Below are positions 1-14,559 of a stretch of 64,000 nt of DNA, piece after piece. Every line of letters begins with the position of its first letter. The stretch's first letter is position 1. Below the pieces are notes generated by a model. The model was not told the origin of the DNA. It did no database searches and was given only the letters and a program-made list of their open reading frames with translations. Source of the stretch: Octopus sinensis (Eukaryota); contig NC_043022.1 in NCBI RefSeq assembly GCF_006345805.1, positions 16,678,001 to 16,742,000 on the forward strand, written 5' to 3'. The translations under genes were made by a program, and so were the position numbers.

Positions 1-64
1 TGTTTGTGTTTGTGTGTGAGGGAGAGAATTCATTCCTGACTTTTGTTTACTTGTCTCTTTACAG

Positions 65-132
65 GAAATTGCTTCCATTTTGATTGCTTTTGATAAACAC
101 AAAGAATGGCAACTAAGAGAGCTACGAGTCAG
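65..132 (+). CDS. CAMTA: CAMTA internal coding exon (CG-1 domain, N-terminal part), 68 bp
   Basis: Polypyrimidine tract plus tttacag acceptor and AG|gtaagc donor. Translates EIASILIAFDKHKEWQLRELRV(R), resembling the EIAAYLITFEKHEEW..R segment of animal CAMTA CG-1 domains. Its phase-2 end fits the next exon. Confidence 0.92.
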
Positions 133-198
133 GTAAGCAACACTTATCATTATTATTCATCATACATGCACACACACACACACAAATATATATACACA

Positions 199-232
<34 letters not shown>

Positions 233-1299
233 AGGTGGTGCTGCAGCATGGCCACAGTCCAATGACTGAAACAAGTAAAATTAAACTAAAAGGAAATATA
301 ACTTTATATCACTTTATTTTATTCATCCCTTTAGATTGAAAAGATTCTGTTGTTGTTGGCCAGATGTGAACCCTAAACGTTAAATCACCAAAATTCTCAT
401 CCGTAGCTGGTCTTTCCTTTAACTCTTCTTTAAAAAAAAAATATTCTGTTAGTGTTGTATTGTTGTTTTTGTTATTCAGCCCCAGGTCAATTCTGTTAGT
501 GTGCAGACCTATTGATGAAAAGTATTTCTGTCTTTTTGTTCTGGCTTAGTTTACCACAGACTACATTATCGTGTGTGCTTTGCTTTTAAGATTGTAGGAT
601 ATTAGTACAAGGGAGATTTGGCTTCAGGTTGAGTGACCAAATAAAGGCTGAAACATCGTCGCTGAACCATAATTTCTTGTTCAGCCTACCATGTCATGTA
701 TGTTTGGTTAGGATATATTCTGGCTTTAATTGGGAGAGCCATTTCAGGCAAGACTAACCTCAGAGATTAATCAGTGGATTATCTGTTATGAAGGCTGTAA
801 TGAAGCCATGTCTTCTTCTTCTTCTTTTCTTCTTCTTCTTCTTCTCTTCTTCTTCTTCTTCACAAGCATGACATTCATTCCGTTATTTCAAGTCCTTGTA
901 TCACCAGTTGTCAATGTATTTGCCATCCCTAATTTCCATGGAGTTTATATTGTTTTACTGGGGATTAGGTCCAAGAACATAGGCTTTGAGTGTTTTGAAT
1001 GGTAAGGATTTTCTTGGCCTAATGGCACCTTGGTCCCTTTCTCCAACTCCAGATGCTGACAAACAGAAGCAGTTAAGCTCCCAACTGGTACATAGACCTG
1101 GTTCTAGGAAAAATTTGTTCTTGGGATCTTATTATTATCGAGGGACTCAACCTAATCCTGCTGGAACAGGTCTGTGGGAGGGAGGTGGTTCCAAAAACCA
1201 CCAAAAGGTCCTTAGTGCAAGGGATATTACAAACCTCTTCCAAAGTGCATACTGAAAGTAAACACTCAAATCATCCTTCAACTACCATGGAACTTTGGA

Positions 1300-1885
1300 A
1301 CTTTGATCCCAGATGCAAAATGTGTGAAGGAGATCAAAAGATGAGTAGTGCTGGCAAAATCTGCATCCCCCAAATCATATAACATCTTTAGAAATCATTC
1401 TCTGAGCATCAAGACCAAAATATCTATATTGGATGGCTATGTCTACCCTGTGTTAATGTATGGAAGTGGGTCATGGCCTTATGACATGAGAAATGAGAAG
1501 GTGCTTGGAGAGCTGTGAAATGTGGTTCTTAAGGGGAATACTGAGGTTAGCATGATCAGACAAAGGGTCTAATGAAGGAGTGAGGATCCACACTGTGGTA
1601 AATAGGGAACTGCTTTGTGAGATAAGGGCCAAGCAACTGAGATCCCTTTGTCATGTGATGAGGAATGAGGGCCTGGGGAGTTTAGCAATGACCACAAAGA
1701 CTGAAGGGAAAAGAAGCAGAGGAAGGAGAAGGATGATATGGATGTCAAACTTGAGGAATTGGTTGGAAGGGACGAAGCATTAAACATGAGGAAGTGGAGC
1801 TGTTACAGAGGAGACAAAGAACAGAGAATTGTGGTTGGACATGAGAGCTTATGTCCTACATTCTGGACATGGCACCTAAAGAAGA
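1300..1885 (+). mobile_element. Decayed RTE-clade LINE, 3' ORF fragment
   Basis: Frameshifted translation YVYPVLMYGSGSW...EMWFLRGILR...SNEGV...LLCEIRAKQLRSLCHVMR...EGKRSRGRRRMIW, typical of the region C-terminal to the RTE reverse transcriptase. Boundaries approximate. Confidence 0.75.
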
Positions 1886-3303
1886 ACTTCATATTTATGA
1901 TTAAAGGTTCTTGGTGGTGGATTCGCTTGGAGCAGGCAAGTGGGGTTTGGTGTATGATTGAAAGTTCTGGTGGTGGGGTTTAGGTAAAACAGACGAGTAG
2001 GGCTTGGTGATTTGGTGTATGATTGAAAGCTTTGATTTTGCAAGATTCACTGGAGATATTCGGCCCTCAACTCAGAATTTAAACAGTCTGGCTGTGCCCA
2101 TACTGATGCCTTTTTTCTATTTTGTTTCTGCCTTAGAATATGGGGAAAAGGGATTTAAAAAATAATGTTGTGATATTATTTAGAGGTGTTGACAGTGAGT
2201 CTAAATGTTTGTGAAGGGATGTTATGTCCGTAGATGTACAAGTTCCAGGATATTGCTAATCAAGTAGTCTTTAGCTTGAAAATATTCCAGCCATGACCAC
2301 CCCATGTGTTTTCAGTCTCTTTTTTAAAACTTGTGTGGTGTAATTAGAGGTAGATTTTGCTGCTATTTCTATCAGGTTAAATAACTGTAGCAAGGATCCA
2401 TCATTGACTTGAGTTACAGAGGTTGTGAGATTTGAGACAAACTTGAATCAAATTCTGCTCCTTTGAATGAACAAGGGGTCCTCTCTACACCCAACTGAAC
2501 TGCTAATAATAACAGCCAAATTTCCATCAAATCATAGTTCTTGTCTTCTAAAAGAAGGACACATTGAGTAATGTGATACTTGGTACACTATGCCTTGGAG
2601 AAAGACAGCATTGTCACAGCTGAGATAGTTTTGATCATAGATCAGCCCTGTCAGTGTTAAGAGAAGGGGTTAAGCAACAACAGCCTTACTCCCAGAGGTT
2701 TTGTGCAACTGTAACAGTTTTTAGTTTTCTAAGACATTAATTTTGTTGATGGCCACAAAAAGTCAGTTGCATTGTTCAAAAGTCATTGGTTCATCTGACA
2801 TTTTGACTGAATATTTCACATTATATAAATCACATCGATAATAATAATTATGCCGGCCGGCTACGCTTGGCATTATCCCCAATTTATTTTGAAATCTTCT
2901 GACTCGCACATCACACGACTGGAAATGTCTTTCTTGATTTTCCTAATGTTTGAGAGTTAATTGTGATGTCAGTGTTGTGTAACTAGCCATCAGAATGAAA
3001 TATTAACGAACATTCAGAAGGAAGCAGAGATTTGGCTGATGGCGGAGAAAGGGGAGGGTTGCCGGGGGGGGGGGGGGTGATTGCTTTTCATGCTATTTGT
3101 CATATGTTATGCTTGGCTGACTATCATAACATCGCTGTGTCTGTGTGTCGTTTCAAAAAGTTCCGTTGGTTCTTTTCCAACTTGAGAGAAATATCATTAT
3201 TGAAAACCAGAGAGAGTTTTAATAGAAATTCAAAAAGGTGCTTTTGTATGTGTCTGCGTGCGTGCGTGTGTGTGTGTGTGTGTGTGTGTTTGTGTTATGT
3301 GTC

Positions 3304-3632
3304 TGGAAGGTGCATGGCTTAGTGGTTAGGGGCGTTTGGTTCATGATCATAAGGTTGTCAGTTCGATTCTTGGCAACATGTTGTGTCCTTGAACAAGACC
3401 CTTTATTTCATGTTGCTCCATTCCACTCAGCTGGCAAGAACGAGTTGTACCAGTAATTGAAAGGGGCTAGCCTTGTCACATCCTGTGTCACACTGAATCT
3501 CCCTGAGAACTATGTTAAAGGTATGTATATCTGTGGAGTGCTCAGCCACTTGTACGTTAATTTCACGAGTAGGCTGTTCCGTTGATTGGATCAACTTGAA
3601 CCCTCATCGCTATAGCCAATGGAGCACCAGTT
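3304..3632 (+). mobile_element. tRNA-derived SINE, family B
   Basis: A/B-box head (tggcttagtggttagg...gttcgattc). Body (ccttgtcaca..ctgaatctccctgagaactac..tctgtggagtgctcagccactt) shared with 23951-24333, 61890-62200, 14840-15130(-) and 21815-21995(-). Confidence 0.8.
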
Positions 3633-4588
3633 TTGTGTGTGTGTGTGTGCATGTGTAGAAGTGAAACAACCAATACTCAGTACTTTGCGCAATATTTATA
3701 TTTGTAGCTGAGCAGTTGGTGACTCAGACTCAGCTGGTGCTCATTTGGAGACTCTTTGGCAAGGAAAGACAAATCTGATTAATCAAATGACTCATGAGGG
3801 ACATTTGATCAATTAAACATGATTCTGTGTCTAGGAAAGTCCAAGTGAGGCAGCCTGAGTCACCCCCATAAAAGTGAATGAGTAAGAGTATAGACACCAC
3901 TCAATATCGGCAGCAGAGCTGTGTATCATTATGTGAAGTGGATGAAGGTAAAAACGATCATTGATTAGATCTCAATGGTTTGTTAACAAAACGAAAACAA
4001 CAGCAGCAGCTCTTTGACAATAGGGAGGAGAGACTGAGGAGGCGGTGGGTGGCATGGGTGGAAAATATGTAAATATGTGAATACAGAAAAGGATTGTAAA
4101 AGGATGTGGAAATGCCTGCCAGTCTATGTAAACAAAACATGTTTATTGAAAGTATTTGAATGTAGATATAAAATTGTAGTGAAACTGTACAAAGTAGCCA
4201 AGGGGGAGTAAAAAAAAAACGTACAATAATAAAGAAAAACAAAAAGGTTAAAACATTTCAAAGGAAATCATTTTCTACAAATGGAGATAAGAAAACTAAT
4301 AAATATGGCATTGAAATCCAATAGTTTTCACCAATCTCTCAGTGTTTCCAGTATTATCCGTACCAAGCCTTGCTATTCGAGGAATAGGTATTTGGCACAC
4401 TGTTTGCAAGTTGGTAAAAGTTCTGCTCTTTACATGTAAACCTTTGAAATTCTGAAATGAAATAATTTTTTCTTCTTTTTCAATGAGATATGACTCAGTT
4501 TGTTCGACTGGACACTTTAAGGTGGTGTGCTGGCATGGCTGCGGTCCACTGACTGAGACAAAAGAGAAACATAAAGGATATATATGTA

Positions 4589-4646
<58 letters not shown>

Positions 4647-5018
4647 GTGGAGGCAAAGTGGCTGAGTTCCTTTTGAGTATTGGGCCTCAAGGTGGCTGAG
4701 TTTTTTACAAGTGTTGGGCCTTGCAGAGACAATGACCAAGACCTTTGGCATTATGTCACGCTTGAGAAGAAGATCTGTGAAGCCAAGCTAAATCACAGTC
4801 GTGGCAGATATCAGTGTCACACAAATTGGCACCCGTGCTGGTGGCACATAAAAGCACCCATCACACTCTGAGTGGTTGGTGTTAGGAAGGGCATCCAGCC
4901 ATAGAAAACCAGGCCAAATCGGACTGGAGCCTTGCACAGCCTTCCAGCATACCACCCCAGTCAAACCATCCAACCCATGCCAGCATGGACAATGGACGTT
5001 AAATGATGATGATAATGA
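4647..5018 (+). mobile_element. (ATG)n-tailed retroposon, family D (probably RTE-dependent)
   Basis: Contains gttggtgttaggaagggcatccagcc and the 3' end caacccatgccagcatgga..gacgttaaatgatgat, shared by more than 10 copies in the window. Confidence 0.75.
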
Positions 5019-5023
5019 TATAC

Positions 5024-5092
<69 letters not shown>

Positions 5093-7155
5093 AAAAAAAA
5101 GGGAGGAAGATAATTTCGATAATCTGCACTTGGTGAGTTGTAATGCAAAAAATATATATATAATAAAAAAAGAAAATGCACACAGTTTACCTAGTTTTAA
5201 TATATTTTAAATGTAAGAGTATTGTGGTTGTCAACCGGTTTCACTTTCACTAGTCATGATGTGACTGTGATTAAGATGTGAACTTCGCAAAAGCACAGCC
5301 ATGCTTGCTTACATGAGCATTTGCCAGTGACAGAAATAGTGAGACAACAGGGATAATGCAGGGATATATTTTCATCATATGTAAGCTATGGGACACATGT
5401 TGACCATGAATAAGTGGGACACAAATCAAAAGTGACTCCCTGGTGTAGGGAATTATGTTCAAGGTTTACATATGTAACTTGTTTACATGGTCTTCGTCCT
5501 TCAATCAAAAGAGTTTTCAATACTTTAATCACTCAGTCTTAATCTTTCAATCACACCAATGATTAACAGATTAAGATCAAGTGTTAGGGTGGGGTATCAC
5601 CTTTGATAGGGGAACATGTCAAACTTTTCAGGGTAGTTCATCTGCGTTGATCTCCACCTGGTACCCAACTCTCATCTGTGGCTCCAGGTAGCTGTTTGCA
5701 TGCAATAACAACCACATACCAGTAAACCCGTTTGAGTGGAAGATGAGGGTAGACAATGGGTGTGTAGCTCTTGGTGAGTTCAGGCTTGCTTCTTACCTCT
5801 GCATGTGAAGGCTGGATGTGGCAGGGAGCACAGAAGAAAGCTTCCTGAATCAGTGGAGAGGAAGGGAGTTGCAACAAAAGACTGGGGAGTGTAGGGAGCT
5901 GGATGAGGCAAATGACATAATCATGGTCATCTGTCTCCATCTCTCTCCATCTCCTAATTATCCTCACCTGGTCTTGGCACTGGATTCAAGATGGTTACAG
6001 GTAAAAGGGGGAAGCTGACAAGGTACAACTCTTATTCACTTTAAACAACATCACTCCACGACTCTTCAGTCGTTCTTCTCCCCCCCACCCCAGGAGGACT
6101 TGATGGTCATCGTCATTCTGACAGATGAACAGAAACCTTTAATTAAAAGATCTTCCTACCTGAAGCACTTAGCTACTGCGTCCCACAAGTCGTCTCATAT
6201 CACCTGAATTCATTTCTGCATTTGTTTACTTATTCTTACTATTTTTTTTATTTCGTCTTGTGTGTGTGTTGTTTACAATTAGTGAATGGTCGTCGTGGCT
6301 GGCAACTTTATTAGTGACTTGTGTTAAGTTTTTAATATCTTCCCAGCTCATTTTGCATTAATTATCATCTGTTAATGATATGAAAACAGATGGCATTAAA
6401 ATTAAGTTGTAATTAATTGGTATGCAATTAATTGAAAAATGTCTCTTTAAATCAATACGGTATAATGAGGGGAGGAAAAGAAGAAAGAAAAAATGCAAAC
6501 TGATCATCTCTGAGAAAACCAACAACAACAACAATAAAAATACAAACAAAATAAAAAGAAAAAAACCAAGAGAAAAGAGACCAATATCATCTCTGAATTG
6601 GCAGCGCAACAAACTCAATAATTACAGACCAATTATATTGAAGAAATGGAATTACTTTTCTGATTATTGTCAATTCTATGTGGAAAGGTGATATGCGTCA
6701 TGAAAGAATAACTTCAATTCACTTAGCAATCAGAGACAAGTGTCTTGTTTTGAGTTTATTTCTTAATGAAATGGAGACGGAAAGGCTACACAACAGATTC
6801 GCATCGGTTTTTGCTTCTTTTTTTCCCACCCTCCACTTCCAATTCTTTCTTCTCCCCCTGTTGCTGTAAGGTCAGTTCTGTTGGCGAACTTTAATATTAT
6901 TGCTTGCAGTCATCAAAATTATTTAAGAAGCCATCATTGAAACAACAATTTCTCCAATCATGTCCAGCACCTGACTCTGCTTTCAGCTTTCAGTATGTGT
7001 GTGTGTGTGCGCTTTGATGTATGCATGCATGGATGGATGGACGGATGGTTGGACAGATAGGTAGATAGATAGATAGATAGGTAGGTAGGTAGGTAGGTAG
7101 TTTAGTTGAATGAATTGACACTCCCCCCGGTACTGATACAGACCAACACTGGTCA

Positions 7156-7185
<30 letters not shown>

Positions 7186-7191
<6 letters not shown>

Positions 7192-8612
7192 GCGATAGGT
7201 AAATTGTTGCCATTTTATATTTTTAATCTTGTGCATGCACATTGTTTTTATATTGTCAACTACACAGTATAGTAGGGTCAGGTGGGCACTGTCTGTGGGC
7301 AAAACAGCACCATGACACAATTCACTCTGCCAGAAATTTGGAAACGACATGCTGTACTGCTTGGCATTCATGCCAGAAGCTCCAATATGAACATTTCAGA
7401 GTGTTTGGGTGTCAATCTGAAGACAGTGCAGTCTGAGGACATGTACTGAGAGTGATAAAAATCAAACATCCAGTCAACATCATGGTGTTTGGAGTGATCA
7501 ATAGTGATGGTGACGTTATGCCTCCATTCATCTTCCCACACAGCCTCAGACTCAACACGGAGGCCTACATCAAGTGCCAGGAGGAGGTGGTGCTGCTCTG
7601 GGTCAAGAGGGTGGCTGCTGGAAGACCCTATGTCTGGCAACAGGACTCTGTGCCATGCCACACAAGGAGGAGAACCCAGTGATGGCTGTCAGACAATTTC
7701 TGCAACCACATCACCCCTAACATCTGGGCACCTAACTCCCCAGACTGCAACAACCTTGATTATTTATGGGTAGGGTGCAGTTGAGTGAGAGACCAACAAA
7801 ACTCCTTGTAATACCAGAGATGAACTGAAGGCAAGGATTATGGCAGCATTCACGAATTTAAGCAAGGACCTTCCCTTCTTGGGACAAAACTCTACTTGTG
7901 AAGACGTGTTGAGGCAAGTGAGGATCAGAATCGAAATCGATCATGGAAATTGCGGATGTGCTACCAGTGCCGGTGGCATGTCGAACTCTGCTTGTGAAGA
8001 CCCATTGAGGCAAGTGAGATCAGATCGAAATCGATCAATGAAATCGATCAATGAAATTGCAGATTTTTACCAGTGCCGGTGGCATTAAGAGAACTTTCCG
8101 TTTCGCGACCGTTCCAGCACCGCCCCGTTTCGTGTCCGTTGCCAGCCTCGCCTGGCCCTCGTGCCGGTGGCACATAAAAGCACATCCGTTCGTGGCCGTT
8201 TGCCAGCTCTGTCTGGCCCAGTGGGTGCACGTAAAAAGCACCCACTACACTCACGGAGTGGTTGGCGTTAGGAAGGGCATCCAGCCGTAGAACACTGCCA
8301 GATTTGACTGGGCCTGATGAAGCCTTCTGGCTTCACAGACCCCAGTAGAACCGTCCAACCCATGCTAGCATGGAAAACGGACGCTAAATGATGATGATGA
8401 TGATGATGATGAGACTGTCCAGAAGGGTTGCAGGAGATTCTGAAGTCATTTGGAAGCCGTGGCTGAAGCTAATGGCAATTTTATTAAATAAATTTACTCT
8501 TTAGTATTTCAAGATATATTTATGTAATTTTGGTAAATATATGTTAAAATGAGATGTCAGTGTAATTCTCATTTTTGCGTAATTTAGACGACAGTTTGTT
8601 CACCACACCCTG
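7186..8612 (+). mobile_element. Decayed Tc1/mariner transposon of DD37D (maT) type, internally deleted and interrupted
   Basis: Transposase remnant KHPVNIMVFGVINSDG..WQQDSVPCH..*WL..WAPNSPDCNNLDY, with 37 residues between the last two catalytic Asp and in-frame stops. It resumes after an insertion as ETVQKGCRRF*SHLEAVAEANG. Imperfect TIRs cagagtgcgataggtaaattgttg / cgacagtttgttcaccacaccctg, followed by TA. Confidence 0.88.
7869..8412 (+). mobile_element. Family D retroposon inserted into the mariner transposase
   Basis: Splits the transposase codons AGC AAG GA|G ACT GTC CAG. Has internal ~60-nt repeats (gtgccggtggcacataaaagca..) and an (ATG)n tail. Confidence 0.85.
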
Positions 8613-8799
8613 TATATATAAATATATGCATACATACATGCATAAATATATATATATATATATATATAATACGAATAAGAAAATGGAGAAACAAATTTAG
8701 TTTGTTCATCAACTTTACCAACATTATATTTGGATAAATACTATCCCATAGTGGGTTACACCCATAACCCCTATCTTATTTTGTACTATATATATATAT

Positions 8800-8846
<47 letters not shown>

Positions 8847-8847
8847 C

Positions 8848-8893
<46 letters not shown>

Positions 8894-9066
8894 GGGTGAG
8901 TGTCTTTCAGTTTCCATCTATATATGTGTGTGTGGGTATATATATATATAGTCAGATAGATAGATATAGATACATACACACTCATATACATATACATACA
9001 CATGCACACACACTTTTGAACTTATAAACATTGATATATATATATATATCTATCTATATATATATA

Positions 9067-9097
<31 letters not shown>

Positions 9098-9265
9098 AGA
9101 TATACATTCACCTGAATGCACCTCCGTCTGGTCTTTTCATAATTGTAGCTTGTTACTGCCCTAAGGTCAGCCTATTTGTGTTTTCAATGTAAACCATCAA
9201 TGAAGATCATTGGAGGTGGATTGTCAACATTACAAAAAAGGAAATCTTTAGTGTTTTGCTGTGTG

Positions 9266-9300
<35 letters not shown>

Positions 9301-9489
9301 CTTTTTTTTTTCCAAATACTTATGTTAGGTGGTTAGTATAAGGTGAGTCTACTTTTTTTGTGAATCTTCTGTGGAAATATTGATTTTACCAAGCATATAT
9401 CACATACCATGATATGATGAGATCTTAGAGAGACAGAATCAATAGTGATATCAAAGATGAGGGTCAAAGATGTAAGTGATATTGATCTT

Positions 9490-9525
<36 letters not shown>

Positions 9526-10994
9526 ACATTTAGAGGTTCAAAGTTATCTGTTCTATGAAAGAAGCCAAGATATCTTTGTTGACTTTAGACGTGAAATGGA
9601 GTCCATCTTATAAAAATCCCGACTGTATGAAATTCTAGAAGAACAGTTACAGTGGTCTGGTTTCTCTAACCTACCCCCACCCGCCCCCCTATTCACAAGG
9701 ACCTTTATTTAGCGAAAGTGAGGTTGCATCTTCAGTAAAGAAGGGTCACTTAGAAACATTATTCATAAGTTGTTTGGTTTCTGTGTCTTTCAGCTGTCAG
9801 TACTTTATCCTATGGAAACTGACTTCTAAAGGTTATCAAACAAAAATAAGTCCTTTGTTATGTACATGAGCGTATGTCCAGAATCTGTATGGCACTTTAA
9901 ATATTCTATTGCAGTTTTTATTAAAATATAAAAGTTTTGTATCTCTGGTGACTTTTAAACGAATTTGAACTGCTTTGCAGAGAACCACAAGCATGGCTGT
10001 GCAAAGAATTATTCTCTTCACAGTTCGATAGTTTTGTGTTTGATCTCATGGTGTGGCATCCTGGGCCAGTGTCTATTGTCAGAGCCTTGGATTGACTACA
10101 GTTTTGTTATAGGAACACGGTTGATGGAAATCTATGTGGAACCCTAACCAAGGGGCTGTTCTTGCTTTAGTATGGTAGACAAGCCCTTGTTCAGTTTCTC
10201 ACCCTTCACTGGATTTAACGGAGACCTCTTTGTTACAAACTTTTGTGTCCATTTTCTGATCTGCAGATAACTTACTTTCTTCCTTCCATCAATTCCAGGG
10301 GCCCAGCTAAAAAGGGTCATGGGCCCTGTCCTTCTTTCCCTCACTAGTTGTATGGTCCCACATGGTTTCAGGTTCAGTCCCATGTGTGACACCTTGGGCA
10401 AGTGTCTTCTATAGTCCCAGGACAACCAATGCTAAGTGAGTGAATTTGGCAGAAGGAAACTGTTGTGTTACAGTGGTTTGTGTTCTGTCAGTTCCTCACT
10501 CCTGCTTGACAACCGGTGCCTGTTTGTTTACATCCCTGTAACTCAGCTGCATAGTAAAGGAGACTGATTTTGAACTCAGAATGTGAAGATGGATGAGATC
10601 CTGCCAAGCGTTTTGTAAAGCATGTTTAAGATTCTGCCAGTTCTTCGTCTTTGTGAGGAATACCACATCTGGTTTGGAAAACATCAGAAGAAATATTAGG
10701 CCTGATAATGGTAGCTCTGGGTCTGAGGCTCCCAATAAATGGATACTAAAATTTGGTGATAGAACCTTAAACCTTTGTGTTGTTGTTAACATCAGAGAAA
10801 TTTATGAATTTCAAGAGAATGGGGAATTATTTGGTTTGCTTTTTTTTTTCGTTTTGGAACAGGGAATCTTAAAGCATATAAAGCTATAAATAATAACTTA
10901 TAAACATTGGGTTAAGAAAAATCCCTTGGTGAGAAAATGTTGATGGCCGTCATGGGACTGGAACTAACATCTCTTATAAACATTTTGCAGATAG

Positions 10995-11250
10995 GGCAGG
11001 CATGGTTGTGTAGTAAGAAGTTTACTTCTCAACCACATGGTTCTGGGTTCAAACTCATTGCGTGGCACCTTGGGCAAGTGTCTTCTACTATAGCCTTAAA
11101 CTGACCAAAGACTTGTGAGTGGATTTGGTAGATGGAAACTGAAAGAAGCCCATCATATATATGTGTGTGTGTCTATTCATCTGTGTCTGTCATCCACCAC
11201 CAACTGACAACTGGTGTTAGTGTGTTTACATCCCTATAACTTAGCAGTTG
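10995..11250 (+). mobile_element. tRNA-derived SINE, family A (partial)
   Basis: Head and ccttgggcaagtgtcttctactatagcc core match 32801-33207. Confidence 0.75.
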
Positions 11251-12289
11251 AGATTATAATTTCTTACATTTTTATTTAATTTTTTGTAGTAATCAGGGTG
11301 CAGGGGTAGAGTTTAATCAATTTAAGGATTCTCAATACTTAATTTGGACTTTATTTTATCAACTCTGGAAGGACGAAAGAGAAAGGCAATCTTAGCAGGA
11401 TTTGAACCCATAAAATGACCTAATTAAATACAACAATACATTTTGTCTGCTTCCCAAATGATTCTGCCATTGAACACTGATTTCTTGGAATATTATTACC
11501 AGAATTCCACTTGAGTGAACGTGTCATAGTTTTGTCATATTCTCTGCCCTAAACACCACCACCACCACCACCACCCGAATTCCCCTCCCATATGAACACC
11601 TTGTAAATCAAAGAGATTAATGTGCCAATCAGAAACGCTGTGCAGATGCTTGTTCCTAACCCCAGGCATTACTTCTTTGTGCCAGGTTTATGTTTACAAC
11701 AAACAACTTAAGCTTTCTCTTCCCTGTTTAGTTCCCATCAAGACTTAAGCTGACATTTAAGAACACAGACATGTAATAGTGCAAGTGGTTGATTTATTAT
11801 TTTTTTGATTTTGTTTTATTTCCAAGTCCCTTCAGTTAAAACTCTCACGAGTGTTTCAAGAGATCTAACCAATGTATGGATTAGGTATACTGGCCAGTGA
11901 GAGTGTGATTTCGTGTTGCAAATAATAAGCTTAGGTGTGATATTGTAAATCTATACCTTACTCCATTGCTGAGTATCTCAAGTACTTAAACGTGTTTAAA
12001 CCAAACAGGTTGTGACTCAGAATCAGCTGAGCGAAAGTTCTGTTCAAGTTCTCACTGCTTCTGAGTGAGGTTTCAGACACTTTAGAACACATGAGGTCAT
12101 CATTGCACTGGGGGCCTTGACTGGGGCCAACAAAGAAGTGTCTTCCTCCTCCTCCTCCTCCTCTTCATCATTATCATCATCATCATCATCATCATCATTT
12201 AATGCTCAAATTCCCTGCTGGCATGGGTTGGATTTACATGGTTAATTGACTTGCTAGTAACAGCAGCCAAATATAATAATAACAATAAT

Positions 12290-12560
12290 AATAATACTGA
12301 AATTATAGAGTATAGTGCTCAGGTGCACTACAACGCATCAAAGGTGCATGTATAGTAAATAGAATTATGTCAGACACAGTGAACAGTGTGCGAGTCATGA
12401 TAGACATGTGTGCATGCGTATGGAGGGGGTGGGATATCAGGTGTAGTGTCAGCGAATTTCAGGAAGCATTGGAGGTTTTAAAGGATGCAATGTCTCGGCA
12501 ACTAACAACTGATGCAGGGAGTTTGTTCCATGCTTCGGCATCTCTAAGTGTGAAAAAATA
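12290..12560 (-). mobile_element. CR1/L2-type LINE 3' end fragment
   Basis: Minus-strand YFFTLRDAEAWNKLPASVVSCRDIASFK resembles the FF..RV...WN.LP..VV......FK C-terminus of CR1-clade ORF2; ends at an (ATT)n-like tail. Confidence 0.75.
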
Positions 12561-12599
12561 TCTCTCAGACGCCTCGTTACCATTTATTAATTTATTGGT

Positions 12600-13066
12600 T
12601 TCAAACTTCAGCACAAGGTGAGCAATTTCATTGTAGGGAGGGGTGTAAGTCAACTGCATCAACCCCAGTACACAGCTGGTACATTATTTTATCAAGCACG
12701 TAAAAACACCATCCATTCATGGCCGTTTGCCAGCTCTGTCTGGCACCTGTGCAGGTGGCACATAAAAAGCACCCACTATACTCACGGAGTGGTTGGTGTT
12801 AGGAAGGGCATCCAGCTGTAGAAACACTTCCAAATCTGACTGGGCCTGATGAAGCCTTCCGGCTTCACAGACCCCCAGTTAAAACCGTCCAACCCATGCT
12901 AGCATGGAAAACGGATGCTAAATGATGATGATGATGATGATGAAGCCTGAAAGGATGAAATGCAAAGTTGACCTTGGTGGAATTTGAACTCAGAACATAA
13001 AGATGAATGAAAAGCTACTACGTTTTTTTGCCTGACATGCTAACAATTCTGCCAGCTCACCACCTT
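12600..13066 (-). mobile_element. Family C SINE (-) interrupted by a family D copy (+, 12696-12943)
   Basis: Family C halves (..aaccccagtacacagctggtacattattttatcaagc | ctgaaaggatgaaatgcaaagttgacc..ctgccagctcaccacctt) flank an ATG-tailed family D copy. Confidence 0.75.
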
Positions 13067-13623
13067 AGGCATTAATTACTGTAGTTTAATATTAATTATC
13101 AGCAAAGATGGGATGGTCATACAAGGAGTGCCTTTCAGCAAAGGTTTGCTCGGTCACGCCTGATGTGGAAGTTTCCCTACTCCAAACCTGCAGCATCTTC
13201 TCTTTAAAATTTAAAATTGATGAAGCATTATAAGCTAGAAAGGTTCAGCTCAAGAGTTGACCTCCACCCATTTATCTAATTAAGCTAATTAACATTAGCT
13301 CTAAACGAGTCATTAACACATTTCACAAAATGTCATAGTGCACCATCTTGTAGTAATGGACAGCAATTATGGCCGATCATATGCGTAGGCATCTTCTTAA
13401 GAATATCCAAAATGGTTTTAAAGTTTATGGTTGGAGCTGGGGGCATTATCTAAGCCTCAGCTCTTCCCATAGCAGATGTCTTCCCCATCACCCCCCACCT
13501 CATATCATAACGAACAGGTGTTGCTTGATTCTTTTAAGTGTATACCTGAAATGGTGTCTTCAGTTTGCTGAATGACAAACCGAAAGAGAATTTGATGAAC
13601 ATTGCCAAATGGACATTTTATCA

Positions 13624-13800
13624 TTAACCCTTCAGCACTGAAACCAGCCCGATCTGGCCTCTCACACATATTGTACAATGTCATTCTAAAAATACAGTCA
13701 TGCCATTAAAATTTCAAAGCTACAAGATAATGCAGGATTAATTCAAAGCAATGTGAACAAACAAACATTTGACAGAGTAGTCTGAATGCTGAAGGGTTAG
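13624..13800. mobile_element. piggyBac-like MITE
   Basis: ttaa-cccttcagcact ... aatgctgaaggg-ttag terminal inverted repeats with TTAA-like flanks. Related copies near 28600-28780, 28828-29326 and 37847-38065. Confidence 0.65.
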
Positions 13801-14526
13801 ACATTTGTATGATCCTAAAAAACCCTTTTAAAAAATTGCAGTGAATCCAGAAGGTTCTTCTATGAGAGTATAGCCTTGTGGGGTTTTTTTCTCTTCTGAA
13901 TATCTAACAACAAGTTGTTTTGCGGTCAACCTCTTATTGTCATTGTGCTGCATTTTACTTTAGTGAACGGCTGTGATTGGACGGCAGAGGTGGATGTCAA
14001 TAGGAGTGTAACACAACGTCGATGAATCATAGAATCAGTTTGACGAGTTGTGACGCAAGTTCTGCCTGATCTACCAAGTGATTCCTATCCACCTGTCAGA
14101 CAAAATCAATACAAAGCTTTCCCTATCACCAAATACATTTCAAATGTATTGATGTCTTCCTGGCTTCAAGGCCAGTGCTGTGTCAAGCAAAAACTGAAGT
14201 TGTTGTCTTTCTTTTTTTAATAAATTTTTATGAAAATTTCATAAGTTTATGAAATCTGGTGAACCTTGTGTTATCTCCAATGTGAAATAGAAAACAAAAT
14301 TAAGATATAATGCGTCGTTGTTTAATAACAATATTTCATTATTTGTATATTGAAACACATAATGTTAATTTAGTTTGTTACTTGCAAATAATTAATAGAT
14401 AATGAGTTTTTATATTTATATAAAAAAAACATGTTTAGAAACAAATACAATATTTCATCACTGTATTCACACATTTACTCAGGAGTGCCTATTGTTTGTT
14501 AGTGTGTGCACATGTGATGATGTATA

Positions 14527-14559
<33 letters not shown>
